A stretch of 64,000 nt of DNA, taken from the NCBI GenBank assembly GCA_013239625.1, contig MU057051.1, positions 3,165,664-3,229,663 on the forward strand, in the 5' to 3' direction. Shown piece by piece: positions 39,075 to 50,526 of this stretch. The translations under genes and the position numbers were made by a program. The notes under the pieces are model-generated. The model saw only the letters and a list, made by a program, of their open reading frames with translations. It did not search any database and was not told the DNA's origin. This stretch comes from Lama guanicoe. Lineage: Eukaryota. Within the stretch, counting starts at the first letter, position 1. Each line of letters begins with the position of its first letter.

Positions 39075-39720
39075 TCTATTAGCATTTAGCTCTAAACTCA
39101 AATTTACTAGAAATACAGGGAATGGCAGAACAAGTAAATGGACACCATAAGGAAACAATCAGAAAATCCAGAACGTGGGGCACTGGGTCTGATCTGGTCT
39201 CTTTATAAGATCAGTGGGATAGGAGGAAAAGAGCAGGGAGTAGGGGATGGAGGAAGAAGGGAGGTTATATTAAAATAAATGAACTCTGAGAGTGTTACTA
39301 ATGAAAGCAATGTGGGATTCTTGATTGGATTCTGGCTTGAGGGAGAAACAACTATAAAATATACCTCAGGGACAACTGGCAAATTTTGAATAAGGACGAG
39401 AATTTCTATATACTACAGAAATTAATTTCTTAGATGTGATAATAGTATTGTGGTTGCAAGAAAATTCCCTAATTTTTCAAATGCATGCTGAGGAATTTAG
39501 GGGTGAGACATAGTGTTATCTGTAATTCACTCTGAAATGGTTCAGCAAGGAGGAATAGACAGATGGATGGAAAAGAAAAAAGATGAATGAATGGACAAAA
39601 GAAAAAATAAAGTGTATGTGGCAACATGTTGACAACTGTTGGATACGAATTGGGACTCTGTGGGAGTTAATGCATTATTCTTTCTACTTTTCTGTGTGGT
39701 TGAAAATTTTCCTTAGACAA
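39075..39720 (+). mobile_element. Old L1ME/L1MC-type 3' fragment
   Basis: aatttactagaaatacagggaa...aatcagaaaatccagaacgtggg...cttgattggattctgg...ttcttagatgtgataatagtattgtggtt. Confidence 0.65.
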
Positions 39721-39740
39721 CATTTTAAAACTACTGCATA

Positions 39741-40162
39741 AGTGTGGTATATATATATATACGACAGAAAACTACTCAGCCATTAAAAAGAATAAAATAA
39801 TACCACTTACTGCAACATGGATGGACCTAGAAACTGCTGTACTAAGTGAAGTAACCCAGAAAGAGAAAGAAAAATACCATATGATGGCACTTACATGTGG
39901 AATCTTGAAAAATGACAGAGGTGAACTTATTTACAAAACAGAAACAGACTCACAGAAAGAAAACAAACTTATGGTTACCAGTGGGGAAAAGGGGGGTAGG
40001 GTGGAGAGATAAAGTGGGAGTTTGGGATTTGCAGATATTAACTACTATACATATAAAAGGTAAAAAATAAGGTCCTACTGTATAGCACAGGGAACTATAT
40101 TCACTACCTTGTAATAGCCTACAATGAAAATGAGTATGACAAGGGATGTGTGTGTGTTTGTG

Positions 40163-40209
<47 letters not shown>

Positions 40210-40301
40210 TATATATATATAAAAATGTGTAACTATGACATACACTAGAAGTTAACACAACATTGTAAACTGACTATATTTCAATCAAAAAAATAGTAAC
40301 A
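39741..40301 (+). mobile_element. L1 3' end with internal (TG)n(TA)n microsatellite
   Basis: ORF2 C-terminus (ATWMDLE...LSEVTQKEKEKYHM), 3' UTR; 14-bp TSD aaaacta(c/t)tgcata (39727-39740, 40302-40315). Confidence 0.92.
40147..40220. repeat. (TG)n(TA)n microsatellite inside an L1 3' UTR
   Basis: Direct reading. Confidence 0.95.
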
Positions 40302-40437
40302 AAAACTATTGCATATGATGTTCTTACAGAATACAATCATAGGTACAGGTAAAACAAATGCACACAACAGACTATGGCTCCCAGTTCCCCTACCCATCCC
40401 ATCCTCTCCAGGCACCTGACCCCACCGCCCCACTTAC

Positions 40438-40573
40438 CTCAATCAGAGCCCCCTTCTCCCTGTCTTCGGATCGCTTAGCACTGTCCAATTCATCATGCAT
40501 TTCTGAGAGCTGGTCCTGGAGATCTCTGATCTCCGTCTGGTGCTGTTCCCGTTCCATCTTCACCTGGAACAGC
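40438..40573 (-). CDS. CGNL1: CGNL1 exon 7 (136 nt, LFQVKMEREQHQTEIRDLQDQLSEMHDELDSAKRSEDREKGALIE)
   Basis: Acceptor ttacttgccag|g, donor GAG|GTAAGT; phase 2 to phase 0. Confidence 0.97.
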
Positions 40574-40984
40574 CTGGCAAGTAAGGAAGCCCATCAGAGA
40601 GATTAGACTGGGCTCTGCTTATTTTCATCCAGTCTGCTTTCAGACCTTTAGATGGTCAAGCAGAGCCATCTAAATCCCCAAGGAGCCTCCCATTCTCTGC
40701 TCTGCACTGAACAACAACAAAAAAAAAAGTCACAAATCAGAAAGCCACTGGTAAGAACTCATGTCTACAGTCTAATTTGTGCAACAAGACAAAGTGAGAA
40801 CTGAAACCAATGTAATGGGAAGGGTTACACTGTGACATTTCCTCCCTAAAAGGAGACCAAAAGGTACTAGCATTTAAACACAGAGAATAAGGAAAGAGCA
40901 CAACGAGCACAACTTTTTTGATAAATGTTTTCACTAAAACCACTCCACACCCTACCCCCCGACCCCACCCCTAGTACTCTAGAT

Positions 40985-41202
40985 CAGAAGAGTCAGCAAA
41001 TTATGGCCCATGGGCCAGTCTGGCCAACTGCCTGCTTTTGTAAATAAAGTTTTATTGGAACACAGCCATGCTCATTCATTTATGTATTGCTTATGGTCGT
41101 TTGCACAATACAATGGTGGAACTGAACAGTTCCAACAAAGACCATATGGCCCATAAATCCTAAAGCATTTACTACCTAACAGGAAAAGTTTAGCAATCTC
41201 TA
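40985..41202 (+). mobile_element. hAT-Charlie MITE, MER58A-like
   Basis: ttttgtaaataaagttttattggaacacagccatgctcattc core; 8-bp TSD ctctagat / ctctaaat (40977-40984, 41203-41210). Confidence 0.9.
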
Positions 41203-41987
41203 CTCTAAATCAAACTCACAACTATTCTACCTTTTTATTTTGTAAAATCTTTACGGCACTCTAAATTTTGTTTCTTACCAACTTCTTTTCTGAAATTAAC
41301 CTCTAAGAACGTCTTAATTGCAAACACTACATCATCAAAATGGCAAAGATAATCAAATGCTTTTATTATATAATGTCGTACTTTTTTTTAATTTCCCTGT
41401 AGATTTCACTCCTGCTTAACCTTTCACCTAAGGTATCTGCCATGGCCACCGGGCTTCATAGCAATGTTCATTTTCAGACTTTGATTTCAAATCCTTTTGT
41501 CACAGAGTTTAATACAACACAGTGGCAGGACCATCTTGGGCTTGACTTTTTCTCTGCAGAATCAAAAGAAGTATAAGCACTAGTCACAATGACCAGCACC
41601 ACGCAAGACAAAACCCAGACCCTGGGAGACTGTGGAGGTCATGTGATAAGTGCTGTCTGAAGACTGCACCCAGGCTCCTTGAAATCTGTCTTTAGATATC
41701 ACCACTCGGTACTCCCTGCTTCTCACCCACCTGCTGTGAGATCCACTCTAAGGGCTGCAACCTTACAAAACATCTTTTAAGGTGTACAGAGAATTTTTAG
41801 ATTGTTAACCCTTCTGCTTACCAGTCTACACATGTCACCAGGTCTACAATTTTATGAGAATAAGAGAAAAGGAAGGGTCTGCAGCCCCTATAAATCGGTG
41901 GAAGGCTGGGTAGTATTAAATGGACAAAAAGGTTCTGGCTCCCTGGGCGCAGGAACCCAGGCAGGGCATGTCTGGGCCCGAACTTAC

Positions 41988-42136
41988 TCCTCCAGGTGTC
42001 TCCGCAGCTCCCCTTCACTCTCCTCCAGTCGTCGCTGCAGCTCAGCGTTCTCTTCCACCTGACTGTCATGTTGGCTTTGGAGGGCTTCTAAGTTTGCTTT
42101 CATTCTCTCTCTCTCCTCTTTGATGTTCTGTTGATT
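41988..42136 (-). CDS. CGNL1: CGNL1 exon 6 (149 nt, NQQNIKEERERMKANLEALQSQHDSQVEENAELQRRLEESEGELRRHLEE)
   Basis: Acceptor catattag|aat, donor GGA|GTAAGT; heptad-rich E/Q/L/R sequence. Confidence 0.96.
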
Positions 42137-42662
42137 CTAATATGAATATGGATGATTTTAAAGTACCTCCACTGTACGTTGAAGTTACCCCACAGAAGCC
42201 TCCTTCTAATCTATGATGGATTCTATGTCCCTGCACTTATATTATTAAACAATTTAACAGAACTATGTAATTAAGGCATAGGAGTTCATAACTAGAAAGA
42301 ACACCAAATACTTAGTGAACTGTAAACACCAACACAGCTAGATCACATTCTGCTATTACTTTTACTTAGTCCAGATGTTTCATACACATTTAGTTTCTGA
42401 TCAGGCTGCCTGAATCCAACAGCGTTTCTATTAGCGTGTCAAAGCCAACAGTCTGTGTATGCTTTGGTTACTTAAAAATAAGTTCTTTGGACAGCAGAAA
42501 CTAAATATACAGGAATGTACTCAGTGCTGGGAGTAATGTTACTTTCGAGGAAAAAAAAAATTTTATTTCCACTTCACTTGAGCATCCCAAGGTGCTTAAA
42601 ATATTCTTTATCAAGCATAACAGAAATGAAAAAAAAAGGGCATTAAGGAAAAAATCTGATAC

Positions 42663-42764
42663 CTTGACTTCCAACTGAAGCTGTCTCTGAAGTTCAGCCA
42701 CTTCTGTCATCAACTTGTTTTTCTGTTCCAAGAGATCTTTGACTTCAGATGAAGAATTAGAAGC
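42663..42764 (-). CDS. CGNL1: CGNL1 exon 5 (102 nt, ASNSSSEVKDLLEQKNKLMTEVAELQRQLQLEVK; start of coiled coil)
   Basis: Acceptor aatcgtag|gct, donor AAG|GTATCA; phase 0-0. Confidence 0.96.
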
Positions 42765-43029
42765 CTACGATTAATTGAAAAGATATCCTAATTTAAATGT
42801 TCAAGATGCTTTATTTCAATTCTCTTTCCCCAAAAATATAATCAGAGCAGTAACACTAAACATCTTACGATCCAATTCAAATGTAAACCCCTACAGAGAC
42901 CCTTCTGTGATTTCACAGGCAGAGTTAATCATGCCAGCCTTGGAGGTCCCGTGAACTTTACTTTATAGCACTTATCCCAGTTACAGGAATTATTTCGTCA
43001 GATATCTCAACACTGGTCCAGTACAACAC

Positions 43030-43872
43030 AACAATTTTTGATGGAAATTGAGAAGTAAGTCTAATGTTTATATGGAAAGGCAGAAGACCTAAAACAGCCA
43101 AGACAATCTTGAAGGAAGAAGTTGGAGGGTGTGCATTACCGGATTTCAAGGCTTACTATAAAGTTACAGTAATTAAAACTGTATGGTATTAGCACAAGAA
43201 ACAAGCAGACCAATGGAACCAAATGGAGTGTCTAAGTGCTAGAAAGGATAAAACTACTAGAACTGGCACACATTACTGGTGGGAGCATAGGTGGTTCCAA
43301 CCGTTCTGTAAAAGCTTCTGGCAGTACTTAAAAGCTAAACATATGCCTACTTTACGACACAGTAATTTGACATCCAGGTATATACCCAAATGAGTGAATA
43401 GTATTTATCAAAAAAAAAAAATGTACAAGAAGGTCCACGGAAGCTTTACTTACAATAGCCAAATACTGGAAATATCCATCAAGAGTGTATACTATGGTGG
43501 ATTCATCCAATGGAAAACTTCGGTAAAAGGGAGCTTCTGATAAATGCAACATTAATGAATCTTGCTGACATAATGTTTAAGAAATGAAGCCAGACGTAAA
43601 AGAGTAAATATCGCAAAGTTTTATTTTGATAAAACTCAAGAAAAGTCAAGTTAATTTATGAGACAGAAGTCACAATGTGATTACTGCAGAAGGGAAGGGA
43701 TGTGATTGATTTGGAAGGGGCACAAGAAAAGCTTCTGGGGTGATGGGTGTGTTTTCTTGATCTGGGTGGTGTTTGTATGGGTACATACCTGTTAAAACTT
43801 CAATGAACTATACAGTAAGACTTGTGCACTTTATACTATGTAAGTTATACCCCAATAAAAACAGCTTAAAAA
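43030..43872 (+). mobile_element. Old L1 (ORF2 fragment joined to 3' end, internally deleted)
   Basis: ttaccggatttcaaggcttactataaagttacagtaattaaaactgtatggtatt; 3' UTR ending cccaataaaaa. Confidence 0.8.
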
Positions 43873-44274
43873 GGTAAGTATCAGTATTTGTTGAAGACTC
43901 ATCTTTTGTGTGAAGTCATACCCAAAGCCCATGTCTGTGTTCCCAAGGCCCTTTGTACATATATCTGTTAAAGAATTTTCACAGCATTGGGGATTATTAC
44001 CCTGCTAACTACCAGTGAGATTTTTACACCTCACTTTCTGCATATACCTATATGCTACACGCAAGTAGTAAATACATGTATGTTGGCTAAACTGACTGTC
44101 TTCTTTTAGGTGTTACATTTCCATAATGGGGAGAGGAGCCTGATTGAATATTAATAGGATCTCACTTTTCCCCCCATGGATTTAACAACAGGATGACACT
44201 CTCAAAAGGGTTACTACAAATAGGGGAGGGGTAAAGATAGAAGCAGGAATCAAAACTAGAAAAAGCAGTGTCTT

Positions 44275-44565
44275 AACCACAAATAGACTCACAGACACAG
44301 AAAACAAACTGTGGTTACCAGTGGGGAAGGGGAGGAAGGGATAGATTAGGAGTTTGGGATTAACAGATACATATTACTATACATAAAATAGATAAATAAC
44401 AAGGACCTACTATATAGCACAGGGAACTATGTTCAATTTCTTATAATAAGTTGTAATGGAAAAGAATCTGAAAATATATGTATGTATGTATATGTATAAT
44501 TGAATTGCTTTGCTGTACACCTGAAATTAACATTGTAAATCAACTATACTTCAATAAAAAAATAA
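44275..44565 (+). mobile_element. L1 3' end (older subfamily)
   Basis: agactcacagacacagaaaacaaac...gcacagggaactat...tgtacacctgaaa...tcaataaaaaa. Confidence 0.88.
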
Positions 44566-44582
44566 GATAAGAGAAAAGGGAA

Positions 44583-44730
44583 GGGGAGGATATAGCTCAA
44601 GTGGTAGAGTGCATGCTTAGCATGCATGAAGTCCTGGGTTCAATCCCCAGCATCTCCATTAAAAATAAATAAACAAACAAACAATCCAAACCTCCTCCTT
44701 CAGCCAAAAAAAATTATTAAAAAAAAAAAA
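44583..44730 (+). mobile_element. tRNA-Ala-derived SINE nested between two L1 3' fragments
   Basis: ggggaggatatagctcaagtggtagagtgcatgcttagcatgc...gttcaatccccag, A-rich tail. Confidence 0.9.
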
Positions 44731-45756
44731 GAAAACCATAAGAAAAAAAAAAAAACAACCTAAAGAATGGGAGAAAACTTTTAAAAATGAAACTGACAAA
44801 GGCTTGATATACAGAATATATAAGCACCTCATACGACTTAATAAAAAAAAAAATCAACCCAATCCAAAAATGGGCAAAAGACCTAAACAAGCAATTCTCC
44901 AAGGAAGAAATACAAATGATCAATAGGCACATGAAAAAATGCTCAGTATCACTAATTATCAGAGAAATGTAAATCAAAACTACAATGAGGTATCACCTCA
45001 CACTAGTCAGAATGGCCATCATNNNNNNNNNNNNNNNNNNNNNNNNNNNNNNNNNNNNNNNNNNNNNNNNNNNNNNNNNNNNNNNNNNNNNNNNNNNNNN
45101 NNNNNNNNNNNNNNNNNNNNNNNNNNNNNNNNNNNNNNNNNNNNNNNNNNNNNNNNGCTTACCATATGACCTAGGAATCCTGCTCCTGGGCATATATCCA
45201 GAAAGAACCCTACTCAGAATNNNNNNNNNNNNNNNNNNNNNNNNNNNNNNNNNNNNNNNNNNNNNNNNNNNNNNNNNNNNNNNNNNNNNNNNNNNNNNNN
45301 NNNNNNNNNNNNNNNNNNNNNNNNNNNNNNNNNNNNNNNNNNNNNNNNNNNNNNNNNNATTTGCAGCAACATGGATGTTCCTGGGGAATGTCATTCTAAG
45401 AGAAGCAAGCCAGAAAGAGAAAGAAAAATACACTATGAGATCGCTCATATGTGGTATCTAAAAAAAAAAAAATACAAAACAGAAACAGACTCATAGACAT
45501 AGAATACAAACTTGTGGTTGCCAAGGGGGAGGGGGTGGGAAGGGACAGGCTGGGATTTCAAAATGTAGACTAGATAAACAAGATTATACTGTATAGCACA
45601 GGGAAATATATACAAGATCTTGTGGTAGCTCACAGCGAAAAAAATGTGACAATGAATATATGTATGTTCATGTATAACTGAAAAATTGTGCTCTACACTA
45701 GAATTTGACACAACATTGTAAAATGACTATAACTCAATAAAAATGTTAAAAAAAAA
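44731..45756 (+). mobile_element. Young 5'-truncated L1, same family as 10029-12326
   Basis: [12 protein letters not shown]...LPYDLGILLLGIYP...MRSLICGI; 3' UTR closely similar to 12000-12310. Confidence 0.95.
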
Positions 45757-47985
45757 GAAACACAAATAAAACACTACTCAATGGGAAAAAAAAACACGGG
45801 GTGTGGGAAAGAAAGTAAAGGAAAACAAAGTTTCTATGGGTTTATGTAGGCTGGAATAAAATGCAGCTAATGTGAAAAAAAAGGCAGTGTCCTGGCTCTC
45901 ATGCACTTGAATCCAAGTGTGAGTCATGCATGAACTTAGAATGAGGTACTTCCTCATCTACTCCTATGAAATAGACCAGAAATCAACAGTCAACAAAAAT
46001 AGGACTTCCAATAGTCTTAGGCAAAATGAGAACAACCCACTTTAGAAATATAAATCTAACCCAATGAGGAAAGTTGTACATTGTTCTTTCCCAAACAAAA
46101 ACTGCCTGCTTCGCTGCATTCCTATATGCTTTTAGCCCAGAATGAAGGGTCTTCTTGCAGGAAATCACTTAACTGACGCCAAAATGTAAAATTCCAAAAC
46201 CTTTGCCAGCAAATAATCAGATTCACAAAATGAGAGAAAAGAGGAGTGGGCAATTAAGCAGTCACGGCACTGTGATCAGAGCCAGAAGTCTAAGAGCTTA
46301 AGTCCATCTTTCTATTATCTCTCTTTTGATTAAGAAGCAATAGCTTCTTAATTGGTCTCCCCTCCTCTAATCATACCTCTCTCCAAAAGCTGCAAAGGAA
46401 TGAATTTTTATGAATACGACACTATTCATTGCTGTTGAAAGCCCATCAGTGGTAGCCCATCACCTTCAGCCTGAAATAGAAACTGACGGGATATACAAGG
46501 TGCTTCCTATCTGGTCCCCACATCCTGGCTCTCTTCCAGCCACACTAAATTACCTCCAGTCCCCTAGACGTGGCAAACACACCTCTTTATAGTTCATATT
46601 TGTTTGTGCTGTTCCCTCTACCTAGAATGTCCTGCCTTCCCTTCTCTGGGAGAACCCTATCATCTTTTGAGACATCATGAGTGTTATCAACTCCAGAAAG
46701 GCTATCCTGACTTCCCTAGTTTGGACTGGATACCCCTAGTCTGGGACCACAGTGACAATCTTAACATCAAGACTGAAGGATGCATTCTCCAAGAGAATAT
46801 GCAGGCAAATGAAAAGCAGGAACCATGGTGATCATTTGGATTTAGCCAAAAAAAAAAAAAACCTCTAACCTAATTTTAAAAACTGTGTAGAGCTCCTGAA
46901 GCTTGCCTATAATTACACAAGGTGTATAATTTAAAGACTTCTCAGTGGGAATTGTGTGTATATGTTTAGATTAATACATAAAATATTTATATATATATTT
47001 TACTTATAAAAATAAATACAAAATATTTAAAATATACCTATATATAACTATATATTTTAATGTTATACATATGGATAAATAAATGGTTTTATCTGATGCC
47101 AGAGCAGCATCATGGGTCAGCTGAGCACAAGAGGAATACTGAACAGTAGAGAAAAAAGGGTAGCTGATGCCTAAAAATACCCTTTATTCAGATACCTCCA
47201 AAGTTAAAAAAGAAGCTATAGACAAATTCCCTGTTATCTGCATCTGGGATCTCCTTCCTTCCAGGGCAGAACTTTTCCCAGAAGGGGAAAGGGAAGATGC
47301 TTAAGCAAGAAACGGATCCCAATTCAAGCTGGTACAGGACTGAGGAACAAGACTTTAGTCGTTCCCCTTCAATAATGCTTCCTTTCAGGGAACCAAGGAT
47401 GTCTAGCAAATAGGAGATGACTCCTTCTTTAACAAAGAAAATCTCCAAGTCTCAACTCAAATTCAGCATAAAACATTAAGCAGGCAGTTTTTTTTTTAAA
47501 AAAAAAGAACTTGGCACCACTCCACTCCTTCCTTTCCGTTCTGCCCATGCTGGTCGGCTCCACCAGCCTCTCTTTGTATGCTCCTCTCTGACTCTAATTT
47601 CTTACTCTGTGAAGTTTGAGAGCTTGGGTCCAAGCCCGTTCACACTTACCTTCCAAACCTGCCTATGATTATGCTCGGGTTCCCCACCGTTGCTTCACTT
47701 CACTCCTCCTATTCTTTTGCCTTTCTAAATTTCACCACCTACTTGTCTCATCCCATTCTATTTTAGAGATTTTTTTAAAAATAAAACTCATTAAAACCTT
47801 TCTGGAAAAAAAGGCAGGGTGCAAATTAGTAATATGTAAAACGTGCTTTTCCATCATCGGTTCTGCTCACTACTCAGGGAACTTCCCCCTTAACTGCTGT
47901 GGCCAAACATACAGACTGAAGAAAGCAATCTGTTTGCCACGTTTCGTGTGAAATGCCTGCTACAAAACACAAAGCTGTGACTCAC

Positions 47986-48091
47986 TTGATTATTTCCTTG
48001 TGTGCTCCCGGCTGCTCGAGACTTCAAAGTCTGGATTTTCTCGAAGACCAAGTTGACTTTCCTCTTAGTAGCATCATCATTATCGGTGCTT
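47986..48091 (-). CDS. CGNL1: CGNL1 exon 4 (106 nt, STDNDDATKRKVNLVFEKIQTLKSRAAGSTQGNNQ)
   Basis: Acceptor cttttctag|a, donor CAA|GTGAGT; phase 2 to phase 0 fits the neighbouring exons. Confidence 0.97.
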
Positions 48092-49595
48092 CTAGAAAAG
48101 AGGTAACAGAAAAAAATAAAACAGTGAAGGCACAACCATTGGTCTTAGAACACAAACAGCAAGCCCTTTAAGAAAATAAATTATAAGAGACATGAATTAA
48201 TTAAGGCTGTGGACACAACCAGTGAGAGGAGAGCAGGATGGATGGGTATTTTTCTCCCAATAAATTGTTCTATGTTACCATTTGATTTGTGAGAGGGGTT
48301 CCCATTTCCAAACATGCGACAGAGACACAACAACATTCTAAATAAGCGTGGAGAAGACATCTGGTGAAAATTAGTCATTTGTTGCTTGCTTGATTCAAAC
48401 GACTTAGATTCACTCCAGTAAGCAATTTTTCTTGGACGTGTGTCACACAAGGGATGATCCAGTGATCTTAACTTGTTTTAGTCTATGTTGGAAAGAATAA
48501 ATCCCCCAAGCCAAGGTTGTCAACACGGTTGCCCTTTGTCTAGACTGTCACAGATAATGGTCAGCTCAAGCTCCATTAACCGCTACCACACTCTCTATCA
48601 CACATACCTGGCACTTAGGAAATTTAAGTTTCCTTAAATACATACCTCCCACTGAAGTGTGTCTCACCAGTCTCTCAATAAATCATGGATCAAAAATATA
48701 AAAGAATGTAGAGGGAGAATTTTAAATGTTAAAAGTTCTTCTGCCTTAATTTTAACATAGTAAAACCCTTCACAGAAAGATACTAATAACTAGTTCTCAG
48801 CTCGAAGAATCTATTTACTTTTTTTTTCCTCAAAAGAGCCTCTATCTTATATTTTGAACTGTTCTATCAGCTCTGTATTACTGACAGAAAATTGTAAGGC
48901 ACAACACAAAACTATGAAGTGTTTTAATACCAAGTATCTGCCAAGTGACTTTCAGTCACGTTAGAGTACAAAGATTTTTTTCTTTTTAATCATATCTAAT
49001 GAGAGAATTGAAACAGAAACATCAAATTCCTGGCCTAGAATTCCAGCTTAGTTGGTATCTAAGCATGGACTGAAAACCAGATTATTTCAACTCAGCCTTC
49101 CAGATAAGTAAGTGGAAAGCACTGATTTTCAATGACTCATACATGCTTTAAAAATAATGGAAGCAGGGGCTCCCAGCCAAAGTCAACTCTGGGGAGGGGA
49201 GGAGGTGTTTTTATTTGCAACTTCAATGAGGGATGACTGATTACCCCCATGTGCATCAAGACGAACTCAAGGTGATGGCAGACTGAATTCAAAACTGCAT
49301 AGTAGACATTCTTCCCTATCTTTGAATTTGTTTCTGAAACAGTTAAGAGTCATTTTTAAAACAGATTCATTTTTAACTTTTAAAGTATGACGTTCTTCTC
49401 TCCCCTCCCTCCCTCTGCTCATCAGCCCCTCCATCGAAGACTTAAAAGCTGTTGTGAAAACTCTGGCAATTGAGTCCTAATCCGCAAATGGCTCACACAG
49501 GGCAGGACGGGAGGGCAAACACAAGGTCTCACAAAAAAATTAACGAGGCCCACCAGAAAGGACAATACTTTGCTCCTTTAAGGAAAATCACTAAC

Positions 49596-49690
49596 CCTTC
49601 TTTGAGGTAATTGTAAAGTATCTGCTTGGCCGTCTCCTCATTGGTTTGTTGAGTGAGCTCTTGCTGGCCCTTTAACAGATCCGGCGTGGC
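49596..49690 (-). CDS. CGNL1: CGNL1 exon 3 (95 nt, ATPDLLKGQQELTQQTNEETAKQILYNYLKEG)
   Basis: Acceptor gtgttccag|gcc, donor AGG|GTTAGT; continues the frame of exon 2. Confidence 0.97.
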
Positions 49691-50351
49691 CTGGAACACA
49701 ATGTCTGTCATTAGATCACCAGATGATGTTTCCAGGAAGAAGACAAAAACCTCACAGCAGAAACTTCCAAACACATTCCTACTTTCCAAAAACGATTCCT
49801 CAGGTAAGGATGCTCATTACAACTGGTTCTACCGCTTAGGAGAACTATAACCTTGGGCATGTTACTTAACTTTTCCTCACCTATGTTCTGGCCTGTAAAT
49901 AGTACCTGCCTTCACATTGGTGCATAATACATAACACATAGTGATAGGCACTTAACAACCTTATTATCATTTTTATCATTATCATTATTTTTTTATTGTA
50001 AATACCAAAACACTAAATGTACCACTTAAATGAATTCCATCACTTCAGGATAAACCTGAATGAGGATTAACCTAATTTCTCAGGACAGAAATTAACCCAG
50101 TCACTCTGTATCAAGAGGAAAACAAACACATCTAAACAAACCTAAGCATGGAGTCTCTTGTTTTTTGAAACAAACTCTGCATACATTCAGATTTTACACA
50201 TACATGAAAAGAAAAATCAAGCCTTCTTAAGGGTTTGACAAGTTACTTTACAGACAAGAACAAGAACAGGAGTCCAGCAGTAGTTGAATTAATTCAGAAA
50301 ACCAAACGATTGTCAGTAGATCATAATCTACGGGAAAACTCTTTAAAAAAA

Positions 50352-50354
<3 letters not shown>

Positions 50355-50388
<34 letters not shown>

Positions 50389-50434
50389 TATATATATATA
50401 TAAATATAAATATATAAATATATAAATATATATA
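50355..50434. repeat. (TA)n / TATAAA-type microsatellite in intron 2
   Basis: Direct reading. Confidence 0.95.
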
Positions 50435-50526
50435 GTGCAATTACTGATTCAGGATGGAGGATATGCATTCCTACAGCCAGGATGTAGATCATTTAGAAGG
50501 AACAAAAAGACTCCCACCAGTATTAC

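Noticed and set aside
44583-44660. Apparent tRNA-Ala(AGC) genes (also near 3235, 25832, 37897)
   Set aside because: A-rich tails, TSDs on three of the four copies and imperfect acceptor stems identify them as tRNA-derived SINEs.
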